From assembly GCF_036321535.1 (NCBI RefSeq), contig NC_087436.1:53694001-53758000 (forward strand): a DNA stretch of 64,000 nucleotides, written 5' to 3'. This document shows, piece by piece, positions 37,442 to 50,524 of the stretch (position 1 is the first letter of the stretch; each line of letters begins with the position of its first letter). The position numbers and the translations under genes were made by a program. Source of the stretch: Camelus dromedarius (Eukaryota). The notes under the pieces were generated by a model. The model worked only from the letters and a program-made list of their open reading frames with translations, was not told the DNA's origin and made no database searches.

Positions 37442-38989
37442 GCCCATGGGGAGAGGCTTTCTGGGCACAACATGGTTCTTTATTTTTCACTCCAAACTGC
37501 ACAGAAAATCCTCAATGAAATTTCTAACAGTTCTTTCAGTATTCTTATAATATATACAAGTTATATTTAATAACATCAAAACTCATTCATGGTCTGATGA
37601 CTTTGATACCCTTTTATAGGCTAACTTTGATTTATCAGAATTTAAAACATCATTTTCCTCTGATTATAATAGTCATCTTTTCAAAGGACTCGTGAAAAAA
37701 TAATATTAAAGAATATAGATGTGATCAAAGTATAAAGTAAAAGTTGCTGTAATTGGGGAACCAGGAAATACTTAAATGTCAGCTATAGCTTTTGGTAATA
37801 CAAAACCAGTGAGTTCTGACCAGGCAGTTTGACTTAGATGCTTAGAGGTCAAATAGGAAGTTACCCTAGGAATCCATGTGTGAAATAACCAGTCAGGGTC
37901 TCAGCTAAGGTAGTGGTGGTGGCTTTGGAAAGAAGGCACGGAGTTGAGGGATTTACTTAAGAAATAGGACCCAGGACTCGGTGATCGGACCTGAAAGTGC
38001 AAGGGAGAGATTAATGTCCAGGATTCTGGATCAGATAACTCCCCAGAAAGGGCACTCATTGCAGGAGTAACAACTATTGGAAGACAAGAAGGACTAAAAG
38101 ATGTGAAAGAAAGATGGTCCCAAACCTCTTCTGGGTCTGATATAACTTACAACCTCATTCTGGGAAGAAATGAAAAAAATGCATAAGCAATTTTCTGATA
38201 AACTTTAATGGAATTAACACTTATTCTGAGAACCAGTCTCCCTCTACTTAGATGACTATCAGTCGGGAGTCTTGGGACCAATAATCAAACCTTCTTTTCT
38301 TTCTCTTCCTTGTTTAACAATGATGATTTGACATTCTCTTTACCTGTAAAATGCCTTGCCAAGACTTACTCTTTGAAATGACCTCAACAGGCCTTTTCTT
38401 TTGCAGCAAGATCATGATGAAATTCCAAAATTCCAACGTGCTTGTAACTTGGGGGTTGTAGAGGAGAGTAAATGCTTCATTTATAGATATTTTAAGCCTA
38501 GTTCCATGGAGCCTTGTAACATGAAAATAATAATTAAAAAATAATTATTAAATTAATACATGTCCGCAGATAATAGAAAGCATATGAATCTTATTTTCAA
38601 GTCATCTTTATGCATTCATTTTTTTCCATTATTTGTATTTCTTTCTGTGAATTTCCTGTCTTTGACCATTTTTCTGTTGGTGTGTTGCCTTTTTAAAATT
38701 AAATCATTGTAACTTTTTATAAATTCAGGGTATTGCTCTAGATGGGTTGACCTTTCTAGGTGGGAGCTTGCTTTGTGACTGGGACCTCTGCTTAGAGTTG
38801 GGTTCTCTTGTAGTTCCCATCATTGACTGGTTTAATCCTGTCAAAAGCCAGCCGGCCCTCAGCAGTTGTTATGCATCAGACACAGTTACCTTGGCCTCCT
38901 GAGAAGAACCTTCTCCTGCTGCAGCTCCGGGGATGAGCACTGCATCTGCCACATGGCAGGGAGCAAATACCTGATGGATAATGATTGCA

Positions 38990-39220
38990 GTTACGTTCTT
39001 CAGCGATGAGATTTGCCAGGAGTTACTAAGCATGTTGCAAGCATTGTTTCATTTAAATTCCTCATAATAATTCTATGAGGTAAATGCAGTTATTATCATC
39101 ATTCTACAGATGAGGAAACTGAGCCTAAAGACGTGGGTAATTCATCTGAGGCCTCACGGTAAGAACTGAGATTGAAACCCGGTTCTGTCTTACTTTGAAG
39201 TTTAAACTTTTAATTAGGAT
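38990..39220 (-). mobile_element. MIR SINE
   Basis: ctatgaggta...attctacagatgaggaaactgag core. Confidence 0.75.
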
Positions 39221-39256
39221 GCTATCGAGAGAATTGTATCTAGAAGGGGAATTTTA

Positions 39257-39674
39257 GCAACATGGATGGACCTAGAGATTATCATATTAAGTGAAGTAAG
39301 TCAGACAAAGACAAATGTCACATGATATGACTTATATGTGGAATCTAAAAGTAAGATACAAATTTTATTTATAAATCAGAAATAGACTCATGGACATAGA
39401 AAACAAACTTATGGTTACCAAAGTGGGGGTGGGGGAGGGATAAATGAGGAATTTGGGATTAACACACTACTATATAAAATAGATAAACAACAAGGACCTA
39501 CTGCATAGCACAGGGAACTATATTCAATTTCTTGTAATAAGAAAATTCACTGAGCTGTACACATTAGATTTGTGCACTTTTCATGTCTGTGTTATGCTTC
39601 AGTAAAAAGGGTTTTAAAATGAAAAAAAAATGACAACGGAAAAAAAAAATTCCATCTTACTTACAAGTTTCTGT
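39257..39674 (+). mobile_element. chimeric L1-derived insertion flanked by a ~48 bp direct repeat
   Basis: Younger L1 3'UTR (39257-39540) joined to an older L1M-type terminus (~39541-39630), A-tracts and ~25 bp of unique sequence; flanks 39208-39256 and 39675-39722 are near-identical. Confidence 0.8.
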
Positions 39675-40515
39675 TTTTAATTATGATGCTATCGAGAGAG
39701 TTGTATCTAGGAGGGGAATTTAATACTTGAGGCATGGACATCTGACCCTCTGAAGTATTCAGCTTTAATGTGGTCCTGCATCACAAAATTTATCCCCCAA
39801 AGTTATTTTGAAGCAGTTTTTTTTAATGAAATTGAGAGCATTGCATTATACAACTAGCAAAATCCCAGATCATAAATTTCATGTTTCTCAAAGCTCTTGA
39901 ATTATAACATCAGGGAGAATTTGGCAGGGAAAAGACCCAATGGAGGCTGAAAAGACCCCACAGGTAGTAAAATGAGCTAATGATCCCGACTAGCGTCATG
40001 AAACTACCCACAAATGCAAGAGGCAAATGGTGGAATTAGCTCTCACTTTGTGGAACTTTCACTGTAGCTCAGACTGAAACCTTGGTCTTACATTACAACC
40101 AGTTTTTGTAACACAAGTTAGTGGAGATCATTATGAGTGCTGATGTATAAAATCCTCTTCCTATAGGTAGAATCAAATTCCTAATTGACTTGGCCAATTG
40201 AGATTGAGTTCCCTTCTGTTAGCAGAAGACCACCTTCATGGTCACATGAAGATGTCATCCAATGTAGCCCACCTGCCACTTTCTTGGCTCAACACAGACT
40301 GACTTGCTGATGGGGACAAGCAGAGAGAGGCCAGCTGACTCCTGTTCCCTGGGAGACTCCGGGGAGTGGCTCCACTTGCAGGACATTGCTTTCCTGGGGG
40401 AAAAAGTGGTAGTCCACACTGCCTGGACCTGCAAACTTAGTCAAAATCAGGAGTGCTGCCTGGGCTACTGACAAAGGCTGCATTTTGCCCATCTTCCTTT
40501 CAACTCATTTTCTTT

Positions 40516-40613
40516 CTCTTTTTTTTTTTTTAAACATTTTTTATTGATTTATAATCATTTTACAATGTGTCAAATTCCAGTGTTCAGCACAATTTTTCAG
40601 TCATTCATGGACA
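40516..40613 (-). mobile_element. very short young L1 3'-tail insertion
   Basis: Poly-T plus tttattgatttataatcattttacaatg..tcaaattccagtg; perfect 17-bp TSD ttcaactcattttcttt at 40499-40515 and 40614-40630. Confidence 0.88.
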
Positions 40614-40664
40614 TTCAACTCATTTTCTTTATTGCTAGTTGGTTAGAATATATTTTGTGTTTTG

Positions 40665-40850
40665 TGGAAAGAGCACAGGACTATGACTCAGAAGATATGG
40701 GTCCTTATCCTGCATGATTTAGGACATTTCCGAGCCTCAGTTTCCTCAACTGTAAACTAGGGGTAATCAGATCTTTCTTGTGGGATAATTGCAAAGATCA
40801 AGTGAGGCAGTGTTTGAAAATGCACCATAAAGCTCTATGTGCTTATGAAT
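40665..40850 (+). mobile_element. MIR SINE
   Basis: gagcctcagtttcctcaactgtaaa core. Confidence 0.7.
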
Positions 40851-42229
40851 TTGTTTCACACAGAATTTTACACCAATTTTACAACCAAGGATCTTAAAAT
40901 TTTTGAGATTAAGGCCATACCTCTAATATGAAAGAAGACAGGGATTTGAACTAAGTCTAATTCCAGAATCTCCAATCTTTTTTTTTTTTAACATGCTGCC
41001 TCCTTAAACAAATTCAAATTGTTATCATGAATATAATTTTTTTCATAATGTATGCTGGAAATTTTTAACCCTGGTTTCAAGAGTCCCATACAACCCTCTG
41101 CAGGACTCGGCTCCGGCTCTCCCTGGTACCCAGAAAAGAGAAGGTACCCAGGTCTAGAACTCTTTTGATTGCACACAGATTTCTCATAGACCCCAAAATA
41201 GGGCACAACATACATGTGTAAATGCCTGTCACTGTGGCACTGGCGGCCACCACTCAGTGTGCTATTTTAACACTAAACAATTCAGAGTGAAGAACATATC
41301 CTGTGTTTATTCTTTGCCCATTGTACTCCCGAGCCCTACAAATCAAGGTCATGTAACAATATATGGTTGCAAGTGGCTTTAGAGTCCCTTTTATCAAGAT
41401 GATACAGTAGGAAGCTGCAACCTTCTGACCCTACCGAACGAAGGAGAAAATGCTTGTTGTCTGTCAGATGAAGTTACTAATGAAAAATATTATCTGTTAG
41501 GTAACCCTGAAAAAATAAAAAACTTCAAAGGGGGAGGAAAAGAATGAGATGTTTTCCTGCTTTCTTGCCTGAGAAATCTCGAAGAGTTGACATATGTCTT
41601 GAATTTGGGTAATCACAGTTCCTTCACGAGGAATAAACACTTCTTTGTTGATTTACAGTTTCTCATTTGGTATTTTTCTTGCAACTGGCTGTAGAAATTC
41701 TATTAATTAGCTGACTCCTTAGTAATTCCCCAGTTGCTGCAATATGGAAAGTTCTGATCAGAACACCTAGAAATAGCAGGGCAGGCAGGGTGGACAGGCA
41801 AACGACTCAAACATGCAGCGTCTAAAATGTAAAAACCTGACGTAGCGCAGTCTATCATCGTGTTCGAGTGCCTTTGGGCACCTCCTTTTCCTGACTGGTG
41901 AAGACCTTAGCTTTCCTTCTGGCCCAGCATTTGGTGCCTGGCACACCTGAGAGTCGCCCAGACCTCCTGGAACGGGGCTGGAGATAAAGGATGCTCAGAG
42001 GGCAGAGCAGGACCCTTTGGTCAGCCCAAGGACTTACCATTGATTTCCAAGCTGCTTAAAATTTAGAGTCCAAACTAATCATGGAACCACTAGTCCACTT
42101 CTGACTAGTTTTTTCATAGACCTGGACTGGGGTTACTTTGTTCTCTTTTATTACTATTTTAAAATTATCTTTTCTTTCTTGTATGTGTTGTATGCTTGAT
42201 GCAGACAGAATTTCAGCCAACAGCAGCAA

Positions 42230-43300
42230 AAATACAAAAAGAAACAGAAAACCATCCTTTCACTCTCAGAGAGAACTTTTTATTGTGCTGTTTCAGCTCC
42301 CCCACCCCCACAATAATGTGCTTAATACTACCATACCGCACATGTAATTTTAGCCTTAGTGACAGGCTGGACATTTTCCATGCCCACAAGTATTCATCTG
42401 CAGAATGATTTTTAATGACTGGTGTTTTGGTCTATAGATATCTAATAATTGATATAACCAATCCCCTCTTTTTAGGTATTTAGATTATTTCCAATTTTTC
42501 ACTAGTTTAAACCATGACATGATAATTATCCTTGTATAACATTACTTCCTTACCATAAATCCATAGAAGTGAAATTGCTGGGTCAAATTAGTATGTTTTA
42601 AGTTTGTTGGCACATATCACCTGCTTGCCATCCAGAAAGGCATCCATTTCACTCCCGCCAGCTGGGTAGATGAGGGCTGGTCTTCCCTTACCATTGCCAC
42701 TCTTATACTATTCTTTTTAATAGCAGTCAATGTGTTTGGTTTGAAAAGGGTATCTCATTGAATTACTTATAAATTTTTCTTGATTTTAGATGAATAGTGA
42801 GGTTGAAATTTTTTGCATATTTTAATTTAGTCTTTGCCTTTTTTTTTTCCTGAGAATTTCTCCTTTATGCTCTTGGTCTATTTTCCTATCGATGAGTTCC
42901 TCCTTTCTTTGTTAATCTGAAAGACCAGTTTTAAATTTTAATGATAGCCATTTTTCACATATGCTAGGAAGGTTTCCCCCTAGAATATCAGTTAGCTTTT
43001 ATTTGGCATGTGTGTGTATTTAACCAACAAAGGCTTTTAACATTTAGATTGTGAATCTTTATTAATCTTTCCTATAATATTTTCCTCCTTTGTTGTTTTG
43101 TTTACAGTGGGTTTCCCTGTCCAAAGACTGATTGCCAGTTGTTTTATGTTTTCATTTTAGACATTTAATTTATTTGGAATTTATTTTGGATTACACTTTG
43201 AAATAAAGATCAAACTTCATTTTTTTCCCAAAGAACTAACCAATTTTCCCAAGATCACTTATTGAACAATCTACTTTTGTCACACATTAAATACTTACGA
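42230..43300 (-). mobile_element. old L1ME-type fragment
   Basis: Degenerate antisense L1 (agaagtgaaattgctgggtcaaa, gtatctcattg, atttattgaa-like motifs). Confidence 0.65.
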
Positions 43301-43978
43301 CTGCTCAGGGTTTTTTTTTTTAATTGAAGTATAGACGCAATGTTGTGTCAATTTCTGGTGTTAGGTTTGTTGTTAATAGAGGCAAAGTGGGGAAGATAAG
43401 CCCTTTAGGACATGGTAAGTGTTGTCACAGTCACGTCCGTTCCTATGGAGTGTGACTATGGACTAGAAATGAAGGCATGAAAGAGGTATAATTTAAAAAG
43501 GTAGATGATGATTTTTCAGAGTCTACAAGGTCCTGAGATAGTTTTCTCCCAATTTTTTGTTGATGTGTTGGTTTTTAAAATGCGATCCCAATTTAATGAT
43601 TACACATAAATTACATATACACTTTAAAATTCTTTTTCTTACTAGTCCACACTAGCTCTCCTCAAAAATAATGTATTATTAAGAAAGCTATTTTACTTCA
43701 GTGTACTTGATTACAAATGCATAGCAGATACCTAGATTAAAGCTAGAAGAACCATTATTGGGATTTTTTTACTCCAACTAAAAATAGGGGAAATGTCCTT
43801 TCTTCCTTTGGTTGGGACCAGTGCTAAACTATCTAGTAACTAACTGACAAGCTGTATTTTAGTGGCCCTTAGAGAAGATTCCATATCCTCTATTGATATA
43901 ATCCATTTCAATATTTAATTATTTTCATTAATAAAGAAATCTCATGCAGCAGTTTAAGTTGTTTCTCCTTTTTTAAAG

Positions 43979-45123
43979 ACAAGCTATTGAGTATAATTCT
44001 CTGTGCTATATAGTAAATCCTTGTTGTTTATCTATTTTAATATAGTAGTGTGTATCTGTTAATCTCATACTCCTAATTTCTCCCTCCTCCTCCCTTTCCC
44101 CTTCGGTAACCATAAGTTTGTTTTCTGTCTGTGAGTCTCTTTCTAGTATGTAGAGAAGTTCATTTGTATCATATTTTAGATTCCACATATAAGTGAAGTG
44201 ATATTATATAATATTTGTCCTTCCCTGACTTACTTCACTTAGTATTATAATCTCTAGGTCTGTCCATGTTGCTGCAAATGGCAATTTTCACTCTTTTTTA
44301 TGGCTGAATAATATTCCATTGTATAGATACACCACATCTTTTTTATCCATTTATCTATTGATGGACACTTAGGTTGCTTCCAAGTCTTGGCTACTGTTAA
44401 TAGTGCTTCTGTGAGACTGGGGTGCATTTATCTTTTTGAATAAGAGTCTTCTCTGGATATATGCCCAGGAGTGGGATTGCTGGATCATATGATAACTCTA
44501 TTTTTTGTTTTTTAAGGAACCTGCATGCTGTTTTCCATAGTGGCTGCACCAATTTACATTCCCACCAACAGTGTAGGAGGACTTCTTTTTCTCTACACCC
44601 TCTCCAGCATTTATTATTTGCAGACTTTTTGATGATGGCCAGTCTGACTGGTATGAAGTGATACCTCATTGTAGTTTTGATTTGTATTTTTCTAATAATT
44701 AGCAATGCTGAGCATCTTTTCATATGCCTGTTGGCCGTCTGTATGTCTTCTTTGGAAAAATGTCTATTTCAGTCTTCTGCCCATTTTTTGATTGGATTGT
44801 CTGTTTTTCAATATTGAGTTATATGAACTTTTTGTATATTTTGGGGGGGAAAAAAGCCCTTGTTGGTCATGTCAATTGCAAATTTTTTCTTCCAGTCTGC
44901 AGGCTATCTTTTTGTTTTGTTTATGGTTTCCTTTGCTGTGCAAAAACTTATAAATTTGATAAAGTCCCAAGTCCCATTTGTTCATTTTTGCTTTTCTTTC
45001 TTTTGCCTTGGGAGACTGATCTAAGAAAATACTGCTACGATTTATGTCTGAGATTGTTTTTCCTATGTTCTCTTCTAGTTTTATAGTATCATGTCTTATA
45101 TTTAAGTCTTTAAGCCATTTTGA
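43979..45123 (-). mobile_element. L1 ORF2 end/3'UTR lacking its terminal ~100 nt and poly(A), inserted in a CR1/L3 relic
   Basis: ORF 44397-44723 ([22 protein letters not shown]...[13 protein letters not shown]) is L1 ORF2 C-terminus; CR1-like sequence lies on both sides. Confidence 0.92.
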
Positions 45124-45159
45124 AACCATTTAAGCTTTTTAAAAAAATTTAATTCTTCA

Positions 45160-45225
45160 TAGTGACTTTCTTTAGGCTATTGCCCCTCAGACTTCACTTC
45201 TCCAGACTGAACAATCCCAACGCTA
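45160..45225 (-). mobile_element. CR1/L3 fragment (partner piece at ~43900-43975)
   Basis: The minus strand translates LGLFSLEK*SLRG, matching CR1 ORF2 LGLFSLEKRRLRG. Confidence 0.6.
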
Positions 45226-46622
45226 TATGCAGACCAAATCAAGATACTTTCTTTTATATTTATCTGGTGTTCAAGAACATCTGAGCAACTGGTGACACTA
45301 ACTGAGGACCACGCACACACACATACACTCACATATGCACATGTAATACTCCCTCATTTAAACAATATTTAAAATTGACTCCAAATTTTCCATTTTAATT
45401 TTGGCAAAGTGTCTTTTACTTGGCCTAAACAAAGGCCAACTGTAATACAATAAGTTGGCTTTTCATCATAGTGAAAATTTTGAACACAGTCCAAGAGGAC
45501 CCCTCAGTGCAGAGGGGCCCTGGAGCTGGCTGTTGGGAGGCCAGGACTGCCAGGCCATGTTTGTGGTGAACATAAGCTTCTAGCCCTCACTGTCATTGTG
45601 CATGGAGCTCAGCTCTGAGCCTGCGCTTTCAGAAGGAGATTATCTTTTCCTGGGGAGAGAGAGCAAACAAATGACACATCTATGTTACTAGATAGGACAG
45701 ATATACAAATAATGAAAGACAGCTGCAGTGCTAGGTGCTCGGGCGTAGGAATGGCAAATGCCATGGGGCAGAGTTCATGCATTCTGAATTGAATTTGTTG
45801 TAAAGACAGATTTTGTAGGTTTGGGGGCTATGTTGTAGGTCAAGGGACCTCAAGGAAATAACTGGGCACAAGGGAGGTTGGTCACATTTAGGCTTTCAAC
45901 AGGATGCCTTACCCATGGCCCATATACCTTGCCAGCATCTTTGAGAAAGGATTTCATTCCCTAGGCCTGTTTTCCTCCAACTCATCTCTTTACCCATAGC
46001 TATCTGCCTTCCTAATTCCTACTGGGGACTTCAGGGGTGGTGCCCAGAGACTCTGTGTGGAGCCAACTCTTCTCAGGTGGGTCTTGGCTGGAAAGAGCTG
46101 ATACCTAGGGTAAGAGAACTTGGGAGTTGAGTAACCTTACTCTCATTGCCCAGTGAAAATTGGCGAAGTGACTGCACAGGTGTCCTGCTTCCTCTTTTTA
46201 ACTCTAAAGTAGAGATTTGCCTTGAGATCTCCCCACTTACACCCACTCCCCAAGAGGAAGGTCTGGAACCAGGACACTCGAATCACCTAGTTGAAAAACT
46301 GTCCAGATGAACAATGCTATCTCCCCAGGATGAACCAGTCGAAGTTCCAAGATGGCAAACTCCTAAGGTCCAGGGTCTTAGCCAAATGTGTGGGTTTCTT
46401 GGCAAGCTAACGTTTTGGCACTCCTTCAACTAATATTTCAAACATACTCTAGACTTTTCAGTTCACTGGTTGAGGGAGATGCCAGAAGCTCTGGCAGAGA
46501 AGGAGGACACGGGCTGCAGGACTCAGCCTCTCCTCTGTTGACCCAGCAGTTCTGCTCTGGCCACATTCCACCAGGGAAGACAAGAACTTAGTAATTAATT
46601 GCGCTTGTCTTCCTTAGAAGAC

Positions 46623-46680
46623 AGTTGGTTAGAAAGTTAGACAGTTAGTTAGTTAGTTAGTTTCTTAGAAGTAGTTAGTT
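46623..46680. repeat. degenerate (GTTA)n repeat
   Basis: Read directly. Confidence 0.8.
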
Positions 46681-47801
46681 GGCCGGCTGTTTTTATTCAA
46701 GGATGCCTCGTAGAGGTTCTCATTCCCAGCCCAGGTGGCTGTATGAGAACTTTATGCCTTTGAACCACATACAGCACTTTCCTTCTCCGAGACAAGTTTG
46801 GTGAGTATAATTTTCACCCTGTCACCATATTCCCAGTGTGGTTTTTTCCCCACACATATTCACACACGGACAGATTGAGGCTCTTGGAAATCACCCTTTT
46901 CGCGTCTTGACGTAATCTGCGTGGGCAGAACTCCACGTGGGTCACCTGTTGCTCTATTTTTGAGTTAGCTCAGTGCAAACAGAAAAGAATACTAGAACAA
47001 CTTACTTCCTAACCAGTTCAAAGCAATCCACAGGGCACTCAGTTCCAGGTTTTGTTCTCAGATTACATCAGACAGGCAGGAGGTGCTTTTGAGCAGGTGG
47101 CTTAGGTTCCGAGGGACTGTTTTCTTTTAGGAAACAGTCTCTTATCATCAGTAAGCTCGAGCAAGGCCCTAGAAAGGGTCTTTGTTACTTTAACTTGGGC
47201 ACGTTGTGTTTGTCCAGCTGCTCTGACCTTTCCTGGTGCGAGGGGGCCAGTGGGGAAAGGGAGAGGCAGCAGCCCCTGAAGGCAGGCCTAGGGAGCCCTC
47301 TGGGAGGGGAAGCAGCCTCTGGACAGAAGCACAAAGAACAAAGGGTGCCTGCGTTTTCACGTCCCTAATGGATGAACCCACTGCGTGCTAGGGACAGCAA
47401 AAGGCCACCTGGCCAGCCGTCTGCTGCATGGTCTGCAGGGAGATCAGGAAGTTGTGTGGGCCCCATTTCCTCAAGAGAAGGACTCAATACTTGGCCAGAT
47501 CTCCCAAGTGAACCTGAAGGACAGCCGCCCCCACGGATGGAATGGATGCCAGCACGTATCTCCTGGGCTGTGCGGGTCGTTTTCTGGGCTTTATGGTTCG
47601 AGCTTTTCAAAAGCATTTTGTGTAAACCAACACTGCAAGAGAAGGTCAAAAGTATTTCAAGAGGGTCAAAAATTCCTTGTTCAGGCAAATCAGTTAGTGG
47701 TCCTAAATTGGTGATCAGTGGGGTGAATTCAGTGATTGGTTTGGTTTGCAGGATGCTTTAGAAAAAATTTCAAGCCCTGCACAAAGAAATAATAATACTC
47801 T

Positions 47802-47942
47802 AGTGGGGGAGGTCTAGCTCAGTGGTAGAGTGTGTGCTTAGCATGCACGAGGTCCTGGGTTCAATCTTCAGTACTGCCATTAAATAAATAAAGAAAGAAA
47901 CCTAATTACCTCCTCCCACAAAACAAAAAATGAACCCCAAAT
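47802..47942 (+). mobile_element. camelid tRNA-Ala-derived SINE (Vic-1 type)
   Basis: tRNA-Ala-like head, aaacctaattacctcc tail; TSD aataataatactct at 47788-47801 and 47943-47956. Confidence 0.93.
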
Positions 47943-49228
47943 AATAATAATACTCTTGTTGAAGTTCAGGATTTCGGTGGAGGCCCACAAGTGGTTCCTT
48001 GAGGAAACACACGATGGGGCAGGCTTGCTGGTAGAGGGTTGTTCCATTGCGCTAAGCCCAGGGACCTGAAAATAAATCACATAACTGAAGAGCAAAGGGC
48101 CCCACCTTCTGAGTGTTTGAGCCTCTCCCCTCCTGAGTGTGACTCAGAGCAAGATGTGGAGAATGGCGTGTTGGCATCAGATAAAGGAATCAGCGGAGGC
48201 AGGAGCAGCGGAGGCCTTGCGGACATTTACATAAGCCTGCTAGAAGTCGGGGCTCAGAGGCCCAGGCGGGACAAAAGGGCACCAGACCGAAAGAAAACAT
48301 CTGTAATGAGCTGTGAGGGCGAGGGAGCTGCAGAGATTGCAGCAGGCGCCTCCCCATCTACAGAACAATCCAGCAGCTGCCAAAGCAAACCTTTCTCCAG
48401 TTGGGATTTCTTTTATTGTCATTCCTCCCTTCCTGGGGCTGCCAGCCTTTGAAGTGATCCTCAGTGTGAAAAGCTGGGAGGATGCGCACAGAAGAGGTCC
48501 TTTGAAAAAGCCTTGGGGAAAGTGGCTAAGCTCGGCAGGGAGTAATTGCAAGGTGCCTAGGACAAGAAGTCGGAAGGCCTGTGGGAAGACCTGAGGTGAT
48601 GGAAGAGAGACTGGGTGGCTGGTCAACTTAGCCATGGTGGGGCTTCTTAAAGCAACAAACCCCACAGTCCCGCCCCTGGGGCCGCATCCAGCACTGTAAG
48701 TGTGGGTCCTGCTTCAGTGTGGAGGCAGAATACTTGACCTCAACGACTGTACCCCCAAACCACAGAGGGTCCTTTAAAAAGATCCTTTGTTGATCTACTT
48801 CGTGAATAAGCAGTAATTATTTGAACACTTAACACTAGCAAAATCTAGCGTGTAAGGTATAGGCAGCAGAATAATAATGAGGAATTCAATCTTAGTTCCT
48901 GGACCACTTTCCCATCAGACTCAGAAACGTGGGGCTTACATTTGCTCCACCGGGGACTTGCAAGAAACACAGTAGAGAGGCAAAGAGAAAAGCAACTTTA
49001 GCCTTTTAGGGCAAACATTGAGGGCTCTGCTGTGACACTGGAGAGATTCACAAAGCAGGTGTAAGTAGAATATTGGCCCTGCCACTAACCCCGATAAAGA
49101 GCTTTGAGCCTCAGAGAGGGTGAAGGGTTTGCAGTTGAGGAAAACTATAAAAGGTAGCATGAAGTCCTTGTAATGTGCCCCATACTCTGAAATAAACCCT
49201 GTACAGAGGGTGACATGACAAATTGTTT

Positions 49229-49355
49229 GTTTGGTTTTGTTTGGGGTGGGGGTAATTAGGTTTATTTATTTATTTATTTTAGTGGAGGTACTGGGGATTG
49301 AACCCAGGACCTCATGCAAACTAGGCACGTGCTCTACCACTGAGCTATACCCAAC
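49229..49355 (-). mobile_element. camelid tRNA-Ala-derived SINE (Vic-1 type)
   Basis: Reverse complement of SINE head and tail; degenerate TSD catgac...ttgttt at 49214-49228 and 49356-49370. Confidence 0.92.
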
Positions 49356-50337
49356 CATGACCGGTTGTTTCCTGATGCTTGGGGGATCCAAGAGTAGAGA
49401 CAACTCATGCCCCATCCTTCATTTGGAGTTTTGACGTCTGTATGGAGAGGGCCAACAGGACAACGACATGGAAAATCTAAGCAGGAGAAAGCCATAGACT
49501 GGCCCCAAGTTTCTGAAGTGGGGTTGGAAGGGGATCCAGAAGATTCGCAGGTAAAGAAGTTAACTGAGAGAAAGAGAGGGAGCATGTCCGCTCCAGTGCA
49601 AGTGAAGGACCGGCAGAAGGAGGGGTAGGAGGCCTCTGCCAGTGATGGGCGAAGGTCACTGCTGCAGTCTTGGCGGCATCTCCAGCCCCGAGGTGCTGAG
49701 TGGCAGCAGGATGGGGACCCATGTGTAGATGGGCTCTCACCGTTTCCAGGAGAGAGACCCTTGGGTGATGTGCCAAGAACTAGACTGACCTAGGTTACCT
49801 GAGGAGGGGGAGCTGCTATAGAAGGAGCCCAAAGTGGACCCACTTTCCTTCCCTAATGATCCCACTCAGTACTTTGTATAAGCCCCTGGGAGTTCATGGT
49901 AGCCATCAGAAAGAGGAGGTAGAAAAACCCTGAGGAAGGGGAATTCCTAAATAGAACTTAGTTCCCAGTTAGATGCTACTGAAAAGTCATTGGCCAGGGC
50001 TAAGAAGACCCAGAAAGTCGCTCTGAATGTGACAATGAGAGCTGGCTCAGCTCTAGGACTTAGACTCTTCAGGGTCTTGGGGCAAGTGGAGGAAGTACTT
50101 AGTAAGAAAAGACAGATGAACCTGTCAAAGTCTTCTACTAGATAGCTCTAGTGCAATAGATTCTTGTGTAATGAAGGATTATTTAGTAGTAATGGCAAGT
50201 GCCCATTTTCTTGCTTTTCTTCAGATTCTAATTCAGGGATGCGAAGGTATTTACAGAGTAGCACAGAATTTGTGACAGTGGCACACGACGAGCAGGGGTG
50301 GTGTTGCAATATTAGACAATTCACATTACTCTTAAAT

Positions 50338-50524
50338 TAGTGGTTCTGGGGACCACTGAAGTCCCAGAGACCTTTCCAGGGTCTAGAGGTCAAGCTATTT
50401 TTTTTCTTAATACTACTAGGACTTTATTTGCGTTTTACATTCTCATGCATTCTCAAGTGTACTGTGGAGTTTTCTAGAGGTTGCAAGACATGTAATGTCA
50501 TCATTGCTCTGAAAGCTAATGGGA
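50338..50524. mobile_element. hAT-Charlie-type non-autonomous element, one end only
   Basis: tagtggttct...gacctttccagggt...gaggtcaa...tgtactgtggagttttctagagg; truncated at the L1. Confidence 0.6.

Noticed and set aside
47365..48665. Overlapping 107-141 aa ORFs on both strands
   Set aside because: GC-rich sequence open in several frames at once, with no recognisable domain or coherent exon structure.
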